A DNA stretch of 64,000 nt, taken from contig NW_024704743.1 in the NCBI RefSeq assembly GCF_018977255.1, forward strand, positions 60,142,001 to 60,206,000, given 5' to 3'. The notes under the pieces are model-generated. The model was not told the DNA's origin. It made no database searches and saw nothing but the letters and a program-made list of their open reading frames with translations. Of the stretch, positions 1 to 13,049 are shown piece by piece (the stretch's first letter is position 1; every line of letters starts with the position of its first letter). The translations under genes and the position numbers were made by a program. Source of the stretch: Callorhinchus milii. Taxonomy: Eukaryota.

Positions 1-1164
1 AATTAGTGCATCAGTTCTAGTTTTTGAACACAGCATCGCAAATTGGACAGCATTGTCTAAGCTCAGACATGAATAATATGCACTTGAGCAAAATACTAGT
101 GGATGATCTTCAACTAAAGAACATACTCAAGAGAAAACGATTGGCGGGGGAGGGAAGGAACAAGAATAAAGGCATGGGAGGAAAGAAGGCTGGAAGGAAG
201 TTGAAGAAGTTTTATGGATATAAGACTACCCTACTTTTTTTAGTTATGGAAAAAATTGTAATTCAAAACCTTATCAATCACAGCAGCACAATTTAACAAA
301 TCATGTAAATTTAAAATCTTTCAGCCTTTAAACTTATACCCATTCCTGTCACTTAAAAACATATTCGATTTTCTAAACTAGGCTAATTATTAAATCGCCC
401 ACATATCAGTTCTATGAAGAAAACCAGCGATGACAACTGACCTTAATCAAATCAGACAGCAGTATCTGCAAGTTCCCTCATTTTTATTTCTATCCTTCAC
501 ACTGTGAACTCACTCCCTGCAGCTATCATCCTCCACTTTCTATCTCTGAGGTTATCATAACTATCCTTCCTCAAGCTACATCAGCTTCCATTTATTGTAA
601 CGCTACACTTCCCAAAGCCACTCCCAACTAAAAATACCTTAACAATTGGCACCAGAAATGTCAAAAAACTGCAGTCATGGATGAAGTTCAGGAACTCTAC
701 ATTTGGTTTTAGTACTTCTTTTTATTTGATTGAAATGGAATGGGAAATTTTAATCTCTATTCCATAGAATTAAAAAAATATATTTTATAGCATAAAAAGC
801 TATCTCTGACTATTTGTGCCGATATCAAGAGAATTAGGATGACAGCGGTTGAAGGTGTAACCTGGAGTCTGGGATTGTGAACATACACGATATATCCAGG
901 GCTTATAATCCACCTTGATTGTTACTAGAGGGGTAAGTAGCTGCTAGTCAAGGTCTCCACTTCCTACTGGGTGAACCACTGATCAATGCATAGAGCTGGA
1001 TGTTTGAGCTGTGGATAGGCGGATGCTGACATTGCTTATACATTTCATGCCCAGCTGTATTACTCACCAATGCAACTCGCAGGCAGTTCCTAATACCTGT
1101 CATCGATCTAGTAAGGGCTCAAACCTGTTGTTGACTAACTAGTGACTCCTATGTGCAGGGTGTG

Positions 1165-2445
1165 TAGGGGGAGAGGTAAGCATGGCCTCCTTGGGGTTGA
1201 GCTGGCACCAAGCAGATATACTTTGTAACAGAATTTGAAATCAAGTTATCCTCAGCGAAAGTTTCAGTTGTCCAGTTTCCAAACCGGAATGGTTTTCAGT
1301 CCTCCAAGGCACTGCTGATCACAGAACTGGCCTACTGGCAGGATTTGGAGGGAACAATTGGTCACTAAGGGTAGGGATTCTTCCCATGTGGTTCCTGTTA
1401 ATTCTACAAGCAAAAGCCCTAATGGGTAAGGCATTCTTATATCCCCAGTTCGATCCCCAGTTATCCTTCCTCCCCCACATCCGGTCCCTGACCAGCACCG
1501 CTTTCTTCCACCTCCACACATTGCCCGTCTCCGACAATACCTTACCCCAAAAGCCGCCAAAATCCTTGTCCATGCCATTGTCACCTCTCAGCTGGACTCC
1601 TCTTACGCCCTCCTCGCCAGTCTCCCTTCCTCCACTATTCACAAAAATCAGCTCATTCAAAACTCTACCACCCGCATTCTCACCCGCACCAAACTTCATA
1701 CCCCGATTATTCCAGTCCTTGCCAAACTCCACTGGCTCCCTTTCACAGAGCGGATTGACTTCAAGATCCTCACTCTAGTGTTTAAATCCCTCCATTCCTT
1801 GGCAGCTCCCTATCTCTTTAATCTCCTCTCACCCCACAGTTGTACCGGCTGCCTCCACTTTGCTGGGTCCGGCCTCCTCTGCGTGCCCGAATCCTCCGCT
1901 CCACCATCAGGAGCCGTGCCTTCAGCCACTACGCCCCAAAACTTTGGAACTCCCTCCCTCAACACCTTTGTCTCACTCCCTCCTTCCCCATCTTCAGGTC
2001 GCGCCTGAATAGCTTCCTCTTCGACCGCATGTACGGTCACCTTCCCCCTCCTCCTGGCTCGGCCTCTGCCATTGTTAAGCGCTCTGAAACGCCGTCCGGT
2101 GTGAAGAGCGCTATGTAAATACAAGTTGTTGTTGTATACCCATAAGCAGCAGGAAGCTTGCCAGACAGTGCTCTCAACTGCAAGTTACGTGGTTTTAGCT
2201 GGTTAAACTCCAGTAGTACCAAAACTCTCAGGTCCCCAAGTCTCAATTCTCACCAGCCTATAATTAGGTTAGCAGGGTACATCCTCCAGAGAGAATGTAC
2301 ATTCCATTCCAGACACAGGTAAATTTCCATGCACAGGCGGCATACATTTGTGGAACTCTGTTTGGTTTGTATACTCTTAAGCGTGATACTAAATGTCTGC
2401 ATGTGTCAGACAACCAGTTGCCAAAAAAATGTTTGTCTTCATTTC
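1165..2445 (+). repeat. Left arm of a diverged long inverted repeat (interrupted by an L2 at ~1434-2133)
   Basis: Colinear blocks are reverse-complementary to 4745-5290, e.g. GCACTGCTGAT, TTCCTGTTAA, AAAGCCCTAATGG, GTGGTTTTAGCTGGTTAA, CATGTGTCAGACA. Confidence 0.8.
1434..2133 (+). mobile_element. L2-clade LINE 3' fragment
   Basis: Degenerate RT C-terminus (LHWLP..RIDFKI.., RAFSHYAPKLWNSLP) followed by the GTGAAGAGCGCTATGTAAAT tail and (GTT)n. Confidence 0.88.
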
Positions 2446-2626
2446 TTCTTGGTCTCTGCATGATAAACGATCTGAGCCCAGTCATTTGACAATCTGAAAC
2501 TGACCACTCGGAAATACAAATTCGCTCTCTGTGGGAAAGTAGCTGGTGCTTGATGACTTCTTATGGTGGCATAGCTGACAATCATTACCATCTTAGCAAT
2601 AGAAAAATCACTGGGATGCAAATCTA

Positions 2627-4667
2627 ACCTAGTAAATCTACGCTGCACCCCCTCCAAGGCAAGTACATCCTTCCTTAAATGAGGAGACCAAAACTGGACA
2701 CAGTATTCCAGGTGTGGTCTCACCAGGGCCCTATACAGTTGCAGCAAGACTTCCCTACTCTTATACTCTAATCCTTTCATAATGAATGCAAACATACCGT
2801 TCGCCTTCCTAATTGCTGCTGTACCTGCAGACTAACTTTCTGTGATTGGTGTACAAGGACACCCAAGTCCCTCTGGACGGTAACACATTCCAATCTCTCT
2901 CCTTCTAAAAAATAACCCACTGTACTGTTTTTGCTACCTCGGTGGATGACTTCGCACTTCCCTACATTATACTTCATCTGCCACCTACTTGTCCAATCAC
3001 CTAACCTATATATGTCTCGCTGCATTTTTTTAATGTCATCCTCTGTGTTGACACTTCCTCCTAGTTTTGTGTCATCCGCGAATTTAGATATATTAACTTT
3101 GATGTCCTCATCTAGATCGTTGATGTAGATGGTAAATAGCTGAGGCCAAGGACTGATCCTTGTGGCACTCCACTAGTCCCATCCCGCCAATCTGAAAAGG
3201 ACCCGTTTATCCCTATTCTTTATTTCTTACCCGTTAACCATTCCCCAATCCACGTTAATATGCTTCCCCCAATTCCATGGGCCCTTATCTTTTGGACTAA
3301 CCTTTTATGCGGCACCTTATCGAATGCCTTCTGGAAGTCCAAATAGACCACATCCACTGATTCACCCTTATCTAGTTTACTCGAAATATCCTCAAAAAAT
3401 TCTATGAGATTTGTCAAACATGACTTCCCTTTTGTAAAGCCATGTTGACTTGGCCTAATTATATTGTGCTCCCCTAAATACTGCACTACCACATCCTTAA
3501 TCAATGATTCTAAAATTTTTCCTATCACTGATGTGAGACTAACTGGCCTTTAATTCCCCATCTTTTCCTTTCCACCTTTTTTAAATAGTGGTGTGACATT
3601 TGCGATCTTCCAATCCATGGGGACTGTTCCAGAATCCAAGGAATTTTGGAAGATCAGACATAAGGCCTCCACTATCTCATAAGCTACCTCTTTTAAAACC
3701 CTGGGATGCAAGCCATCCGGACCAGGGGATTTGTCACTTTTTAGTGCTAACAGTTTCCCTAGCACCAATTCTCTACTAATGAAAATTTCCCTAAGTTGCT
3801 CCCTATCCTTATCCCTTTGGTGCATCTCTATTGTTGTGTCTTCTAGGGTGAAGACAGATGCAAAGTACCCATTTTGGGGCTCTGCCATGTCATTGTCCCC
3901 CATTACAACTTCTCCTGTCTCTGACTGAAGTGGACCTACATTTACCCTCACTAGCCTATTCCTCTTAATATATTTGTAAAAACTTTTACAATCAGACTTA
4001 ATGTTCCTAGCTAGCTTACCCTCATACTCCTTTTTCTCGCTCTTAATGAGTTTTTTAGTTTTATTTTGCTGGTTTCTAAAACTCTCCCAATCTTCAGATT
4101 TGCTGCTTTTCTTGGCAGTTTTATAAGCCTTTTCTTTTAATTTGATGCTTTCCCTAACTGCTCTAGTTAGCCACGGATGAATTGCTTTCCCTGTGGTACT
4201 CTTATTCCGCAAGGGAATATGCGACTGCTGAGAATTATGCACTTCATCCTTAAATATTTGCCACTGTTGGTCTACATTTTTACCTCTTAATCTTACTCTC
4301 CAGTCTATTTTACCTAAATCTTTCCTCATAACTACAACATTAGCCCTATTTAAATTCAGAATACTTGCCTCGGATTTAACTATATCCCTCTCTAACTTAA
4401 TGCAGAATTCAATCATATTGTGATCACTCTGCCCTAGAGGATTCTTAATACCTACACTGCCAACTAGCTCTGTTTCGTTACACAAAACAAGGTCTAGGAT
4501 GGCCTGTCCCCTAGTTGGTTCCTCGGCATGCTGCTCTAGAAAGTTATCTCTCATACACTCAATGAACTCTTCTTCTGACCTACGTTGGCCAATTTGGTTT
4601 TCTCAATCTATGTGGAGATTGAAATCACCCACTATTATCGCTTTACCTTTTCTACATATTTCCTAAT
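2627..4667 (-). mobile_element. CR1-clade LINE ORF2 fragment (end of endonuclease, RT), frameshifted and truncated at both ends
   Basis: PTRGQAILDLVL, GQSDHNMI, KSPGPDGLHPRVLKE, QHGFTKGKSCLTNLIEFF, YLDFQKAFDKVPH, LYRALVRPHLEYCVQFWSP in successive frames. Confidence 0.95.
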
Positions 4668-4744
4668 TAATGTCTAGAGCAGGTTATCAGGAAACGTGGT
4701 CAAGATCAAGATGCTGAACTCATTTATGAAACAGACTGAAACTC

Positions 4745-5290
4745 ATTATTTTTGGTCAACTGGGTGTCTGACACATGAAGAGACCCATAAGAATTCTTTA
4801 AAATGTCCAAACCACATAGATGTCACATGCGTATGCCACCTACACTTGGAATGAGCACTCTCTCACAGGAGGAAAACACCCTTCTTACCTAATTCCAGAG
4901 AATATTAGGTGTGAGTTGGCAAGAGCGAAGGCTTATAGTCATCAGAGTGTTCTTTGGGAGTACTGCTGGAACTTAACCAGCTAAAACCACATAGCTTGTC
5001 TTGAAAGCAATTCTGGCAAATTTCCCACTGTTTGTCCAGGTATGATCACTCTATCCATTAGGGCTTTGACTGGCAGGGTTAACAGGAATTGAGTGGGAAG
5101 AACCACTGAATGATCTATCATCAGCTTTCTGGCCTATCATCAGCAGTGCTTTGGAGTTCTGCAGAACTGCCTGTATCAGGACTACTGAGCCCGCCAAAGA
5201 CAATTGACTCGATTCCAATATTCTGTTGCCGAGCACATTACCTTAGAGCCAGTTCAGCTCCAAGGAAACCTCACTTACCTTTCCCCCACC
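4745..5290 (-). repeat. Right arm of the diverged long inverted repeat
   Basis: Reverse complement aligns by eye to 1165-1433 joined to 2137-2445. Confidence 0.8.
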
Positions 5291-5688
5291 TCCCAAAAGG
5301 AGGATAATGCTGTAATGGGAAGACAGTAGGGTGGGTCATTGTGGAAGAATGAAATTCAATTAAATTTAATAAAACAACTTGCTTCATGTTTTGCTCTTGT
5401 GATTTTGTATTAAGCAAAACGATAAGCAGACAGAATTTTCCTAATCAGCATGTATTTTAAACTCACCTGACTACTGTCTGCTTGACTGCATCACTACTGG
5501 GCATTGTAGATTGGTGGACAGCCCAAGTGGTAGGCATTCTGCAGTATAAATCTGAAGTGACAGATCAGCTAATCTTTTCACAATACACGCCTATATATTA
5601 CTTTTAGACCTAGCAAATAATAATAAATCTGCAGAAAAGAAAAAATCCTGTAATAGACAACAGTGTTCTTTTAAGACTGAACAGATAC

Positions 5689-5809
5689 CTTCCATCCCTC
5701 TGAGCAGCTCCTCCCTCAGTAACAGTCTTGACAAAAATTCCGAGTTTTTCTAGTCCTGCATCTGCTCCAACTCCCATTCCTATAATACTGATGCCGAGAC
5801 CATCCTCAT
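5689..5809 (-). CDS. PPP1R9A: Neurabin-1 PDZ exon (121 nt)
   Basis: Acceptor CTTTCTTACTCCTGCAG|, encodes (D)[39 protein letters not shown](R), donor AAG|GTATCT. Phase 1 in, phase 2 out. Confidence 0.97.
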
Positions 5810-5879
5810 CTGCAGGAGTAAGAAAGTAGAGAGTTAACTGGGAATAAGAAGGAATGGAGCTGTCAACATCTATAATATT

Positions 5880-6185
5880 TTCTTTTTATGCAATGTTTCA
5901 TCAGGCAAATGGGTCTCAAAGCACTTCATAAAATCATCAATAAGAGGTAAATACAGGACCTGATCTCTACAGCAATGTCCCATAGACAATAATAAAATGA
6001 ATAACTATGTTTTTGGAGATTTTGATGAAGGAGATATACTGGGCTACTGAGAGTACTCTATGCTCTTCTTCAAAATTATGCCATAACATCTTTAACAGCC
6101 ATCTAAACGGACAGATGACACCACAGTTTATTGTCTTACGATTTGAAGGAACTGAGGAATGACTGTCTCAGTACTGCACTGTAGT
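5880..6185 (-). mobile_element. Old Deu-domain SINE remnant
   Basis: CTCTTCTTCAAA..TGCCATAACATCTTTAAC..CAGTACTGCACT, same family as 26590-27015. Confidence 0.6.
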
Positions 6186-6189
6186 AATA

Positions 6190-6472
6190 AGCAGGCTCTG
6201 TCTTGCTTCATGTTCCCCCGCCTTGCCCACCCCTTCAGGCACTCTGCCCCCACACTCTGGAATTCCATCCCACAGTCCCTCCACCTCGCCCCTTCCCTTG
6301 CCTCCTTCAAAACCCATCTCAAGACCCTCTTCTTCGACCGTGCCTTTGGTCACCCTCCTAAACCTACCCTCCCCGCACTCCACCCATCTTGATCCCAACC
6401 ACCAGCTCGGGTGCGAATCCTTGACTGTCCAGCTGATATGAAAGGCATTATACAAATGCCATTTGTTGTTGT
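6190..6472 (+). mobile_element. L2 3' end
   Basis: FRHSAPTLWNSIP...FKTHLKTLFF then tail with (GTT)n. Confidence 0.85.
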
Positions 6473-6491
6473 TTCAGCCTAGATTATGAAA

Positions 6492-7040
6492 TCAACAACA
6501 ACAACTTGCATTTATATAGCAGCCTTCATGCGGGGTAGCGTCCTGGAATGCTTCACAGTGGTTAAGTCTGACAACGAGCCAGGGGGAGAGGAAAGTGACC
6601 GTAAGCACGATCAAAAAAGAAGGTCTTTAGGTGGAATTTGAAGGTGGGAAGGAAGGAGTCAAGGCAGAAGGATTGAGGGAGAGTTTCAGAGTTTCGGGCA
6701 TAGTGGGTGAAGGCACAGCCACCAGTGATGGAATGGAGGGCACAATGGACAAATAGGCGACCGGAACCAGCCGAGCGGAGGCACCCTGTGGTGGAGTGGG
6801 GGGTAAGCAGGTCAGATAGGTAGGGAGGTGCGAAGGAATTAAGTGATTTGAAAACGAGTGAGAGGATCTTGATTGTTGATTGCTAGCCAGTGGAGCCTGG
6901 CAAGGACTGTGTGATGAGGGTACAGAGTTTTGTGGGGCGGAGTTTTTAATTAATTGGATTTTGTGTATTGTGGAGCTGGGGAGACCAGTGAGGAGAGCAT
7001 AGGAAAGTCCAGTTAAGGGTAACCAGAGGCATGAGTGCTA
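6492..7040 (-). mobile_element. L2 3' fragment, tail-to-tail with the preceding copy
   Basis: (CAA)n CTTGCATTTATATAGC tail and purine-rich L2 antisense body. Confidence 0.8.
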
Positions 7041-7045
7041 CCAAG

Positions 7046-7358
7046 TAATAAATAATCCTTGCATTTGATATAGCGCTTTTCACGTCTTCTCAGCATCTCA
7101 AAGCGCTACACATAATATGCTGTACAGTGAATTGACCGTATATTTGTGGGCGAAACGTGGCAGCCAATTGCGTACATCAGAGTCCTACAACAGTCGTGGA
7201 TTGAAAATGACCAATTTATTATTGTTTTGTTTTTTTGGAGGGATTATTACTAGGCGTGTGGAGTAAGGAAACTTGCCCAAGGTTTCGCCCTGCCTGGAAT
7301 TGAACCCAGGTGTCTCGCTTGCAAGGCGAGAGCTTTAACCACTGAGCTACAGGACTCC
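7046..7358 (-). mobile_element. tRNA-Ala-derived SINE (short subfamily)
   Basis: Head GGAGTCCTGTAGCTCAGTGGTTAAAGC...GGTTCAATTCC (A/B boxes), tail GCGCTATATCAAATGCAAGG(ATT)n. Confidence 0.92.
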
Positions 7359-10300
7359 AAAGTAAGTAAGCTAAATTGATACCGAAGTTGAAATGTAGAG
7401 ACAGCAGGAAATGCTGCTTCGCCTAATTTAAAAATTATGTTAAAAAAACTAATGTGAGAAGACCTATACATTAGTTTTGCACAATCAAACATTGGGAATG
7501 GGTGTATTAAGGGAGTTAGGTAGAAAATGGGATTAAAATATCATAGAACAGTGGAAAATATTGGATGGTTAGTTATGATGCTAGTTCAAAGCAGTGCAGA
7601 TGACCTATGAATTTCAGCAGTCAACAAAAACTAACTGGAGCAAACAGGCACATTTTGTGGCACCAACACAAGTTTTGCTCCAAAGGCAATAGTGAGCAAA
7701 GTATTTTTGTTCTTTACCTGGAGTTTCCTGTGTAGCCATTTTAGGAGTTTGTATCCCATGAGATTTATCACAAGAAGTACCCAACCCAAGGTAGGAACCA
7801 TTTTCAGTATCAAAATATCAATGGTTCAATTCAATCTATAAACACTTTATCACAAGCAAGACAACAATTCTCTTCTGTTCTAACTCAGACGATTGGTTTT
7901 AGAATATCCTCAGAATTAGAAAGTTGGGCTTCTTTATTATGCCAATCAATTGTGAATTTATTACCCTTAACTGTCATTCTTCCTGAAAAATTATTGTTCT
8001 TTTGGGAGAGATGGATGGAGAGAAAAAAAGCTTCAGTAGTCAGATTCAAGGCTCTTATGCTAGAGGAAACACAAAAGATTATTTGAGATGTGAAGCCATG
8101 TTTGCACTGCTGCACCAAAGGGAAAAAATTCCAGTCCGTTGCCAGAGAGCTGAAGAGTGGACCTCAGTGGTTATTCTATTCAATAATATTTGAGTCAGGT
8201 CACAGATCACTGTCACTTTGTCACCCTGTGGTCTCTTTTGAAAGGTGCAAAAACAGGGCCTCCATTAGGAATTTGGTTCACAACCTATTGTCAACCAAGT
8301 ACAAAAGGAAAACGTTGTGCTCCTAGATTTGAGAGTTGTTGCAGAGTAGAAGCATAAAACTAGCTATGGATAGTACTGTTTTAAAAATAAATACAAAGGA
8401 AACAACTTAAATTATACCAGTAATACTACTGCGACAATCCATCAACAGTAGGGGGAAAAAAAGGAAAAATCATGAATTAAGAAAACACCCCTTATTTTGT
8501 AATCTGTTGCTGAACATCTTCAAGAATTGGATTTTTGAATGTCTATTCATCATCTTTGTGCGCTACAAGAATGTTTGTCTGTTTCCTCTGTCTGTTTATG
8601 ACTTCCTTTCAAATATTATTTCACTGTCCATGCTTGCTTCTACCTATTAATGAGATGGTCTCAAAAAACTCTAACCGATCACAAAGCATATCTAATGACG
8701 CTCAGCACTGAATCAGATCTAATGCAATTCAAGCAGATTTATTCGCACCTGCTTTATTAAGTTGATTGGGCCATAAGTATTAACTAAATCTGAATTCTGA
8801 ACATGACTGCTCAAACACAAGAGTGTGCAAGCTGGTGTATATGTCAAACATCACAGTAACGTCCTCCCCACCCGCTTCCCATATATTTAAGACAAACTGA
8901 CACCGTTCCAGAAACTATTTGGGATTCCAGACAATTGCTACATAATTATTTTGTCAATCGCTGCAGTGAGGCTCTACAATACACTCCTGCGCACCACCCT
9001 CTGACAAATAGATAGTTTCATATTTGCAATTGTTGACCTTTTTTTGTAACACACTTTGTAAAACTTGAACATAAAAGTACTGCATGTGCATAACATGCTA
9101 AGCAGAAAAGAAATAGTAAAAATCAACTACAATTGCACCCGCCCCCTGTAGATATACATCAGCTTCTGATTGCTGCGTTTTGTGGTGCTTGTCTACAACC
9201 ATTAGTATCATCCAGTCAATAGCATTAATGTAATTATTTCAAAGTTCTGCTCCAAATCAAAGCATTATAGACTTCATATCGGGAGTGTTGAAGGAGCTGA
9301 AGAAAAGAAATAGAAACATCAGTTCTTATAGTACTGCAGAAAGATCTTCATGTTTGCTAAACATACTGCCCTTGATATTTATCAGAACCATAATTGCTAT
9401 GCAGTTTTGTAGTGGAATATAATCAGCCTTTTAATAAAAGACTTGTATAGCAGTGCTAAGTCCTTGAGGCATCTGTTCGATGTGAATGGCACTATGTAAA
9501 TGTAAATTGTATTGTGTATCAAATTCAAGGATTATTTATTAATATTAATGTAACTGAATATACATAGTTGCAGTATTCCTTGTAATAACCAGTGAGCTCT
9601 AGGACAAGCACACAAGCAAATGCAATACAAACTTTAAGCAATTTAAATACTAACACACATAGTTCAGACAAATTGATTATTATGGCTATGATCTCTTGCT
9701 TGAATGGGTATAACAACATACAGATTTAAAAATCAGACAAGCAAAGTATCTCCCTTGTTTAACTTTGTGCAAGGCAGAACCATAACAATAATTTGCAAGT
9801 GAACATTGATCAAACGTCATTGAAGCTAAAATATGAAATGCATCAACCACAACAAATTGAGTTTTGTCTATTCCTGGAGTGGATGCGAGAAGTAGCTCTA
9901 TCGTACTGTACTACTGTTTTATTTTTCCTCCCTCATATCTGGTTATAATATCTGATGAGTCAATCAACTTTTTAAATGATCCTACAATGAAATGTATTTG
10001 AACTTGCTGAACAAATGACTTGAGAATATCGAAAATGATTGTCAAGAGCAGGTTTTACTGAGGAAAATTTGGAGTAAACAGGAATTCCAGGAGTCGTCCA
10101 TTGATTGAGGTGAAAACATCAGCAGTTCTTCAGTCAGTCTGTTCTATCATGCTAGTGTTGCCCACCACTATACGTCTGCTTATACTGGAATACTGCTCAC
10201 TTCTGCTTAAACTGCTTCATGTCCCCCACCCTATCCATACCACATTGATTGGAAAGATTCCCTTTCTCTCAATTAATCCTGGCATCGCCTGGTACTCCAA

Positions 10301-11214
10301 ATACTGCACATCACCCAATAACTAGGAAATAATAGCAGCTATCAACAATGCATTTGAAATGTTTAGGTTTCTGTCAAAGATACAGAGGATCAACAGGCTG
10401 CAAGTGGTGGTTATTGTTTTTTGTCAGAAGTTCACAGAACAGATGGCAGATTTAAAAATCTATAAGAACGTGGTAGGTGGGCAGAGAGAGAGGGGAGATG
10501 GAAGGGAGAGAGGCAAAGAGAGGAAACGCTGGCACTACCGTGACAATAAATATCCCAATGAAACTTTTTTTTAAGTTAACGCTGTAGCTAATTTGTATTT
10601 TGCAGGATTCTATTTAGGATGTTCAACTACGCCCATTGTTTGCTTATCCTCAATGGGCAAGTCCCAAATAATACCGATAATCAGTTCTCCCCTGTACCAA
10701 TAATTCACCGAATTTATAATTTTTTTTGTCAAATTCTTTGCCTCTATTTTTCCTTCTGTGATTCACAAAAAATAGATCCTAAAGAAAGAAAATTACCTAG
10801 GCTTTTATTTTGTGGATAAATATCAATTTTAACAGGCTTTAATCATTTATAGTGTAAGGTGACGTTTTAAAATATACTATAATTTTGGGTGGGGGGAGGT
10901 TATTGACAACTTTTCTTTTCCTTTAAATTTAAGTGCTCGCACTTCGGAAAGGAATTTTTTTTTCTTTCAGAACTGACAAGACAAGTTTTTAAGAGACTGC
11001 AGATGAGCAAATAAAAGTGAAAAATGCTGTTGCTGCTAAATGTACAGGCTTCAATTATTTCAATTTTGCTGGAAAAATTCTGCTCTAAGTGTACCTCATC
11101 AAAGCAGCAAAATTGATTTCACCCCCTTGAAGTTACACAAAACAGATTTTCATTGCAGAACTGTATTTACAAAGACATTTTCTTGCATTTCTATTAAAAT
11201 TTTAAGATCCATTA

Positions 11215-11372
11215 AAATTTTCAAGACTAAGGTGGATAGATTTTTGTTCGGTAAGTGTATCAAGAGATATGGGGCAAAAGAGGTAATTGGAGTTGATGTA
11301 CAGATCAGTCATGATCAAATCGAATCAAATCAGGTCGAGGGGCTAAATGGCCTACTCCTGTTCCTATGTTCA
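11215..11372 (+). mobile_element. CR1 3' end
   Basis: IFKTKVDRFL then GGCTAAATGGCCTACTCCTGTTCCTATGTTC tail; same family as 59020-59178. Confidence 0.8.
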
Positions 11373-11914
11373 ATTAGCGAAGGCAATGCCAAGACCAGAT
11401 AAGGTGTTTGCTGATTTAGTGTATTCCCATTGCATGCTGAGTTAGTTTATTACAGTTTATTTTATTAAAAGTTTATTTAGCACCCTTTTCCAATAAGAAA
11501 GGCTTCCCACTTCTGACTGCTGATATTCAACCTGGTTGGAAAATATACATATATAGATGTCAGGTAAGGACAGAATAAGTCTTATTTTGATGCCCTCATG
11601 GTTGAATAGTCTCTTGTCACTCAAATATTTGATAAATATTTAATTAATAGCTCTTGCGTGATTGACCAGACAGCAGATCTAGTTACTTGGGTGAGGTAGC
11701 AGAGGTCAGCTCTAGCTACTTGGATGAAGTACTGGAGGGAAACTGGTGCCTATATCAATGTCTGTTTCTCATTCGGTTGTATTGTTCAGTATAAATTAAT
11801 TGGAGCTTCATTAAATCTTCAAATACAATTATCTTGCCATAACAAAAATGTCTTGTGTTGTATCTAATTCTTTTCCGACCCATCCCCCTTTATCTACCAT
11901 TTTCCTACCCATAC

Positions 11915-12047
11915 CTTTCTCGAGGTCAACAGGAAAAAGGTCCAGCCTTTCTACACGTTTTTCCAGTTCATATTCTGCAGACGCTGCAACCGGATCCACT
12001 TCATCATTTCTCCTATCATAGGCTTCATTAGAGTATGTGTGGAATAC
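11915..12047 (-). CDS. PPP1R9A: Neurabin-1 internal exon (133 nt): rest of PP1-binding domain and start of PDZ
   Basis: Acceptor TTTATTTTTACAG|, encodes [44 protein letters not shown], donor AAG|GTATGG. Phase 0 in, phase 1 out; joins in frame to the upstream exon. Not in the ORF track. Confidence 0.97.
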
Positions 12048-13049
12048 CTGTAAAAATAAATGTAACGTTATCCAAATAGACTATTCACGAAAGTCGACAA
12101 TTAGTATACACGAATCAATGATAAGAATCTATAATTTTCTATAATATAACAGAGCACAAAAAAACATGCATTTTTATCAAAGTAACATCTAAAAGTGTTT
12201 CAGTTAATTACTGTCATATACAGTTAATATTTATAACCTACTGTGGCAGCCATTTTGCACCAACAGCAAACCATAAACAGCCATTCGGTTAATGACCAAT
12301 TTATTATGATTGTTGGCCGAGAATAATGCGGAGAAACTCGTTTTTTTTCAAATAGTGTCATGTGGTCTTTAATGTCCACTTGAATAAGAAGCATATGGGC
12401 CACTTGGCTACAGTACAGAATGGAGATCTGCAAACTTTAATCTCAACAACGTCACCAGCAGTCAGGGGTTTTCTTGTTTTGTCTAGATTTAGCTCTAATA
12501 TTGCTCCTCTATTACTAAATAAGGAATGAAAAAATATCAAAATATGATGTAAATTATATTCTGCATGTTTAAAAAATATTATCTTTGACAAGATCTTTAT
12601 AATATAATAATCCTTGGATTAGATATAGCATTTTACTGAGTGAATTGTGGTTAAGTAACTTGTTTTAACCAGAAAAAAGAGGTTTACTTAAAAATTCTCT
12701 TAGCAGAAGAAGCGCTTTGAGACATATGGAAGACTTGATAAAGTGCTATATCAAATGCAAGGATAGAAGGATGATTAGAGGTTATNAAAAAAATCAAAAG
12801 AGGTTGTTGTTCCACAACATGTAAGTTAATCTTGAACCTTTAGGAATTAGGTTTATTTTTTTGTTAAAGGCAAAGTACAATAAATGAATAAATGCCAAGT
12901 AAAGATTGAAGAGGGCTACACATAGTAGTTGTATTTTTTAAAATAATATGTAAGTAAAAAAAAAGAAAGTGTGAAAACTAGTTTCTCTTATACAGAGAAA
13001 GATTAAAACATCATGTGTTTTGCTGAGGAAAGTTGATGGCACAAGAGTA

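Noticed and set aside
3550..4554. 334-aa ORF as a functional gene or active retrotransposon
   Set aside because: Part of a CR1 ORF2 that is frameshifted downstream and truncated at both ends.
1..5466. Next PPP1R9A exon (IQVNDQIVEVDG...)
   Set aside because: Searched by eye on the minus strand and not found; presumably lies beyond position 1.
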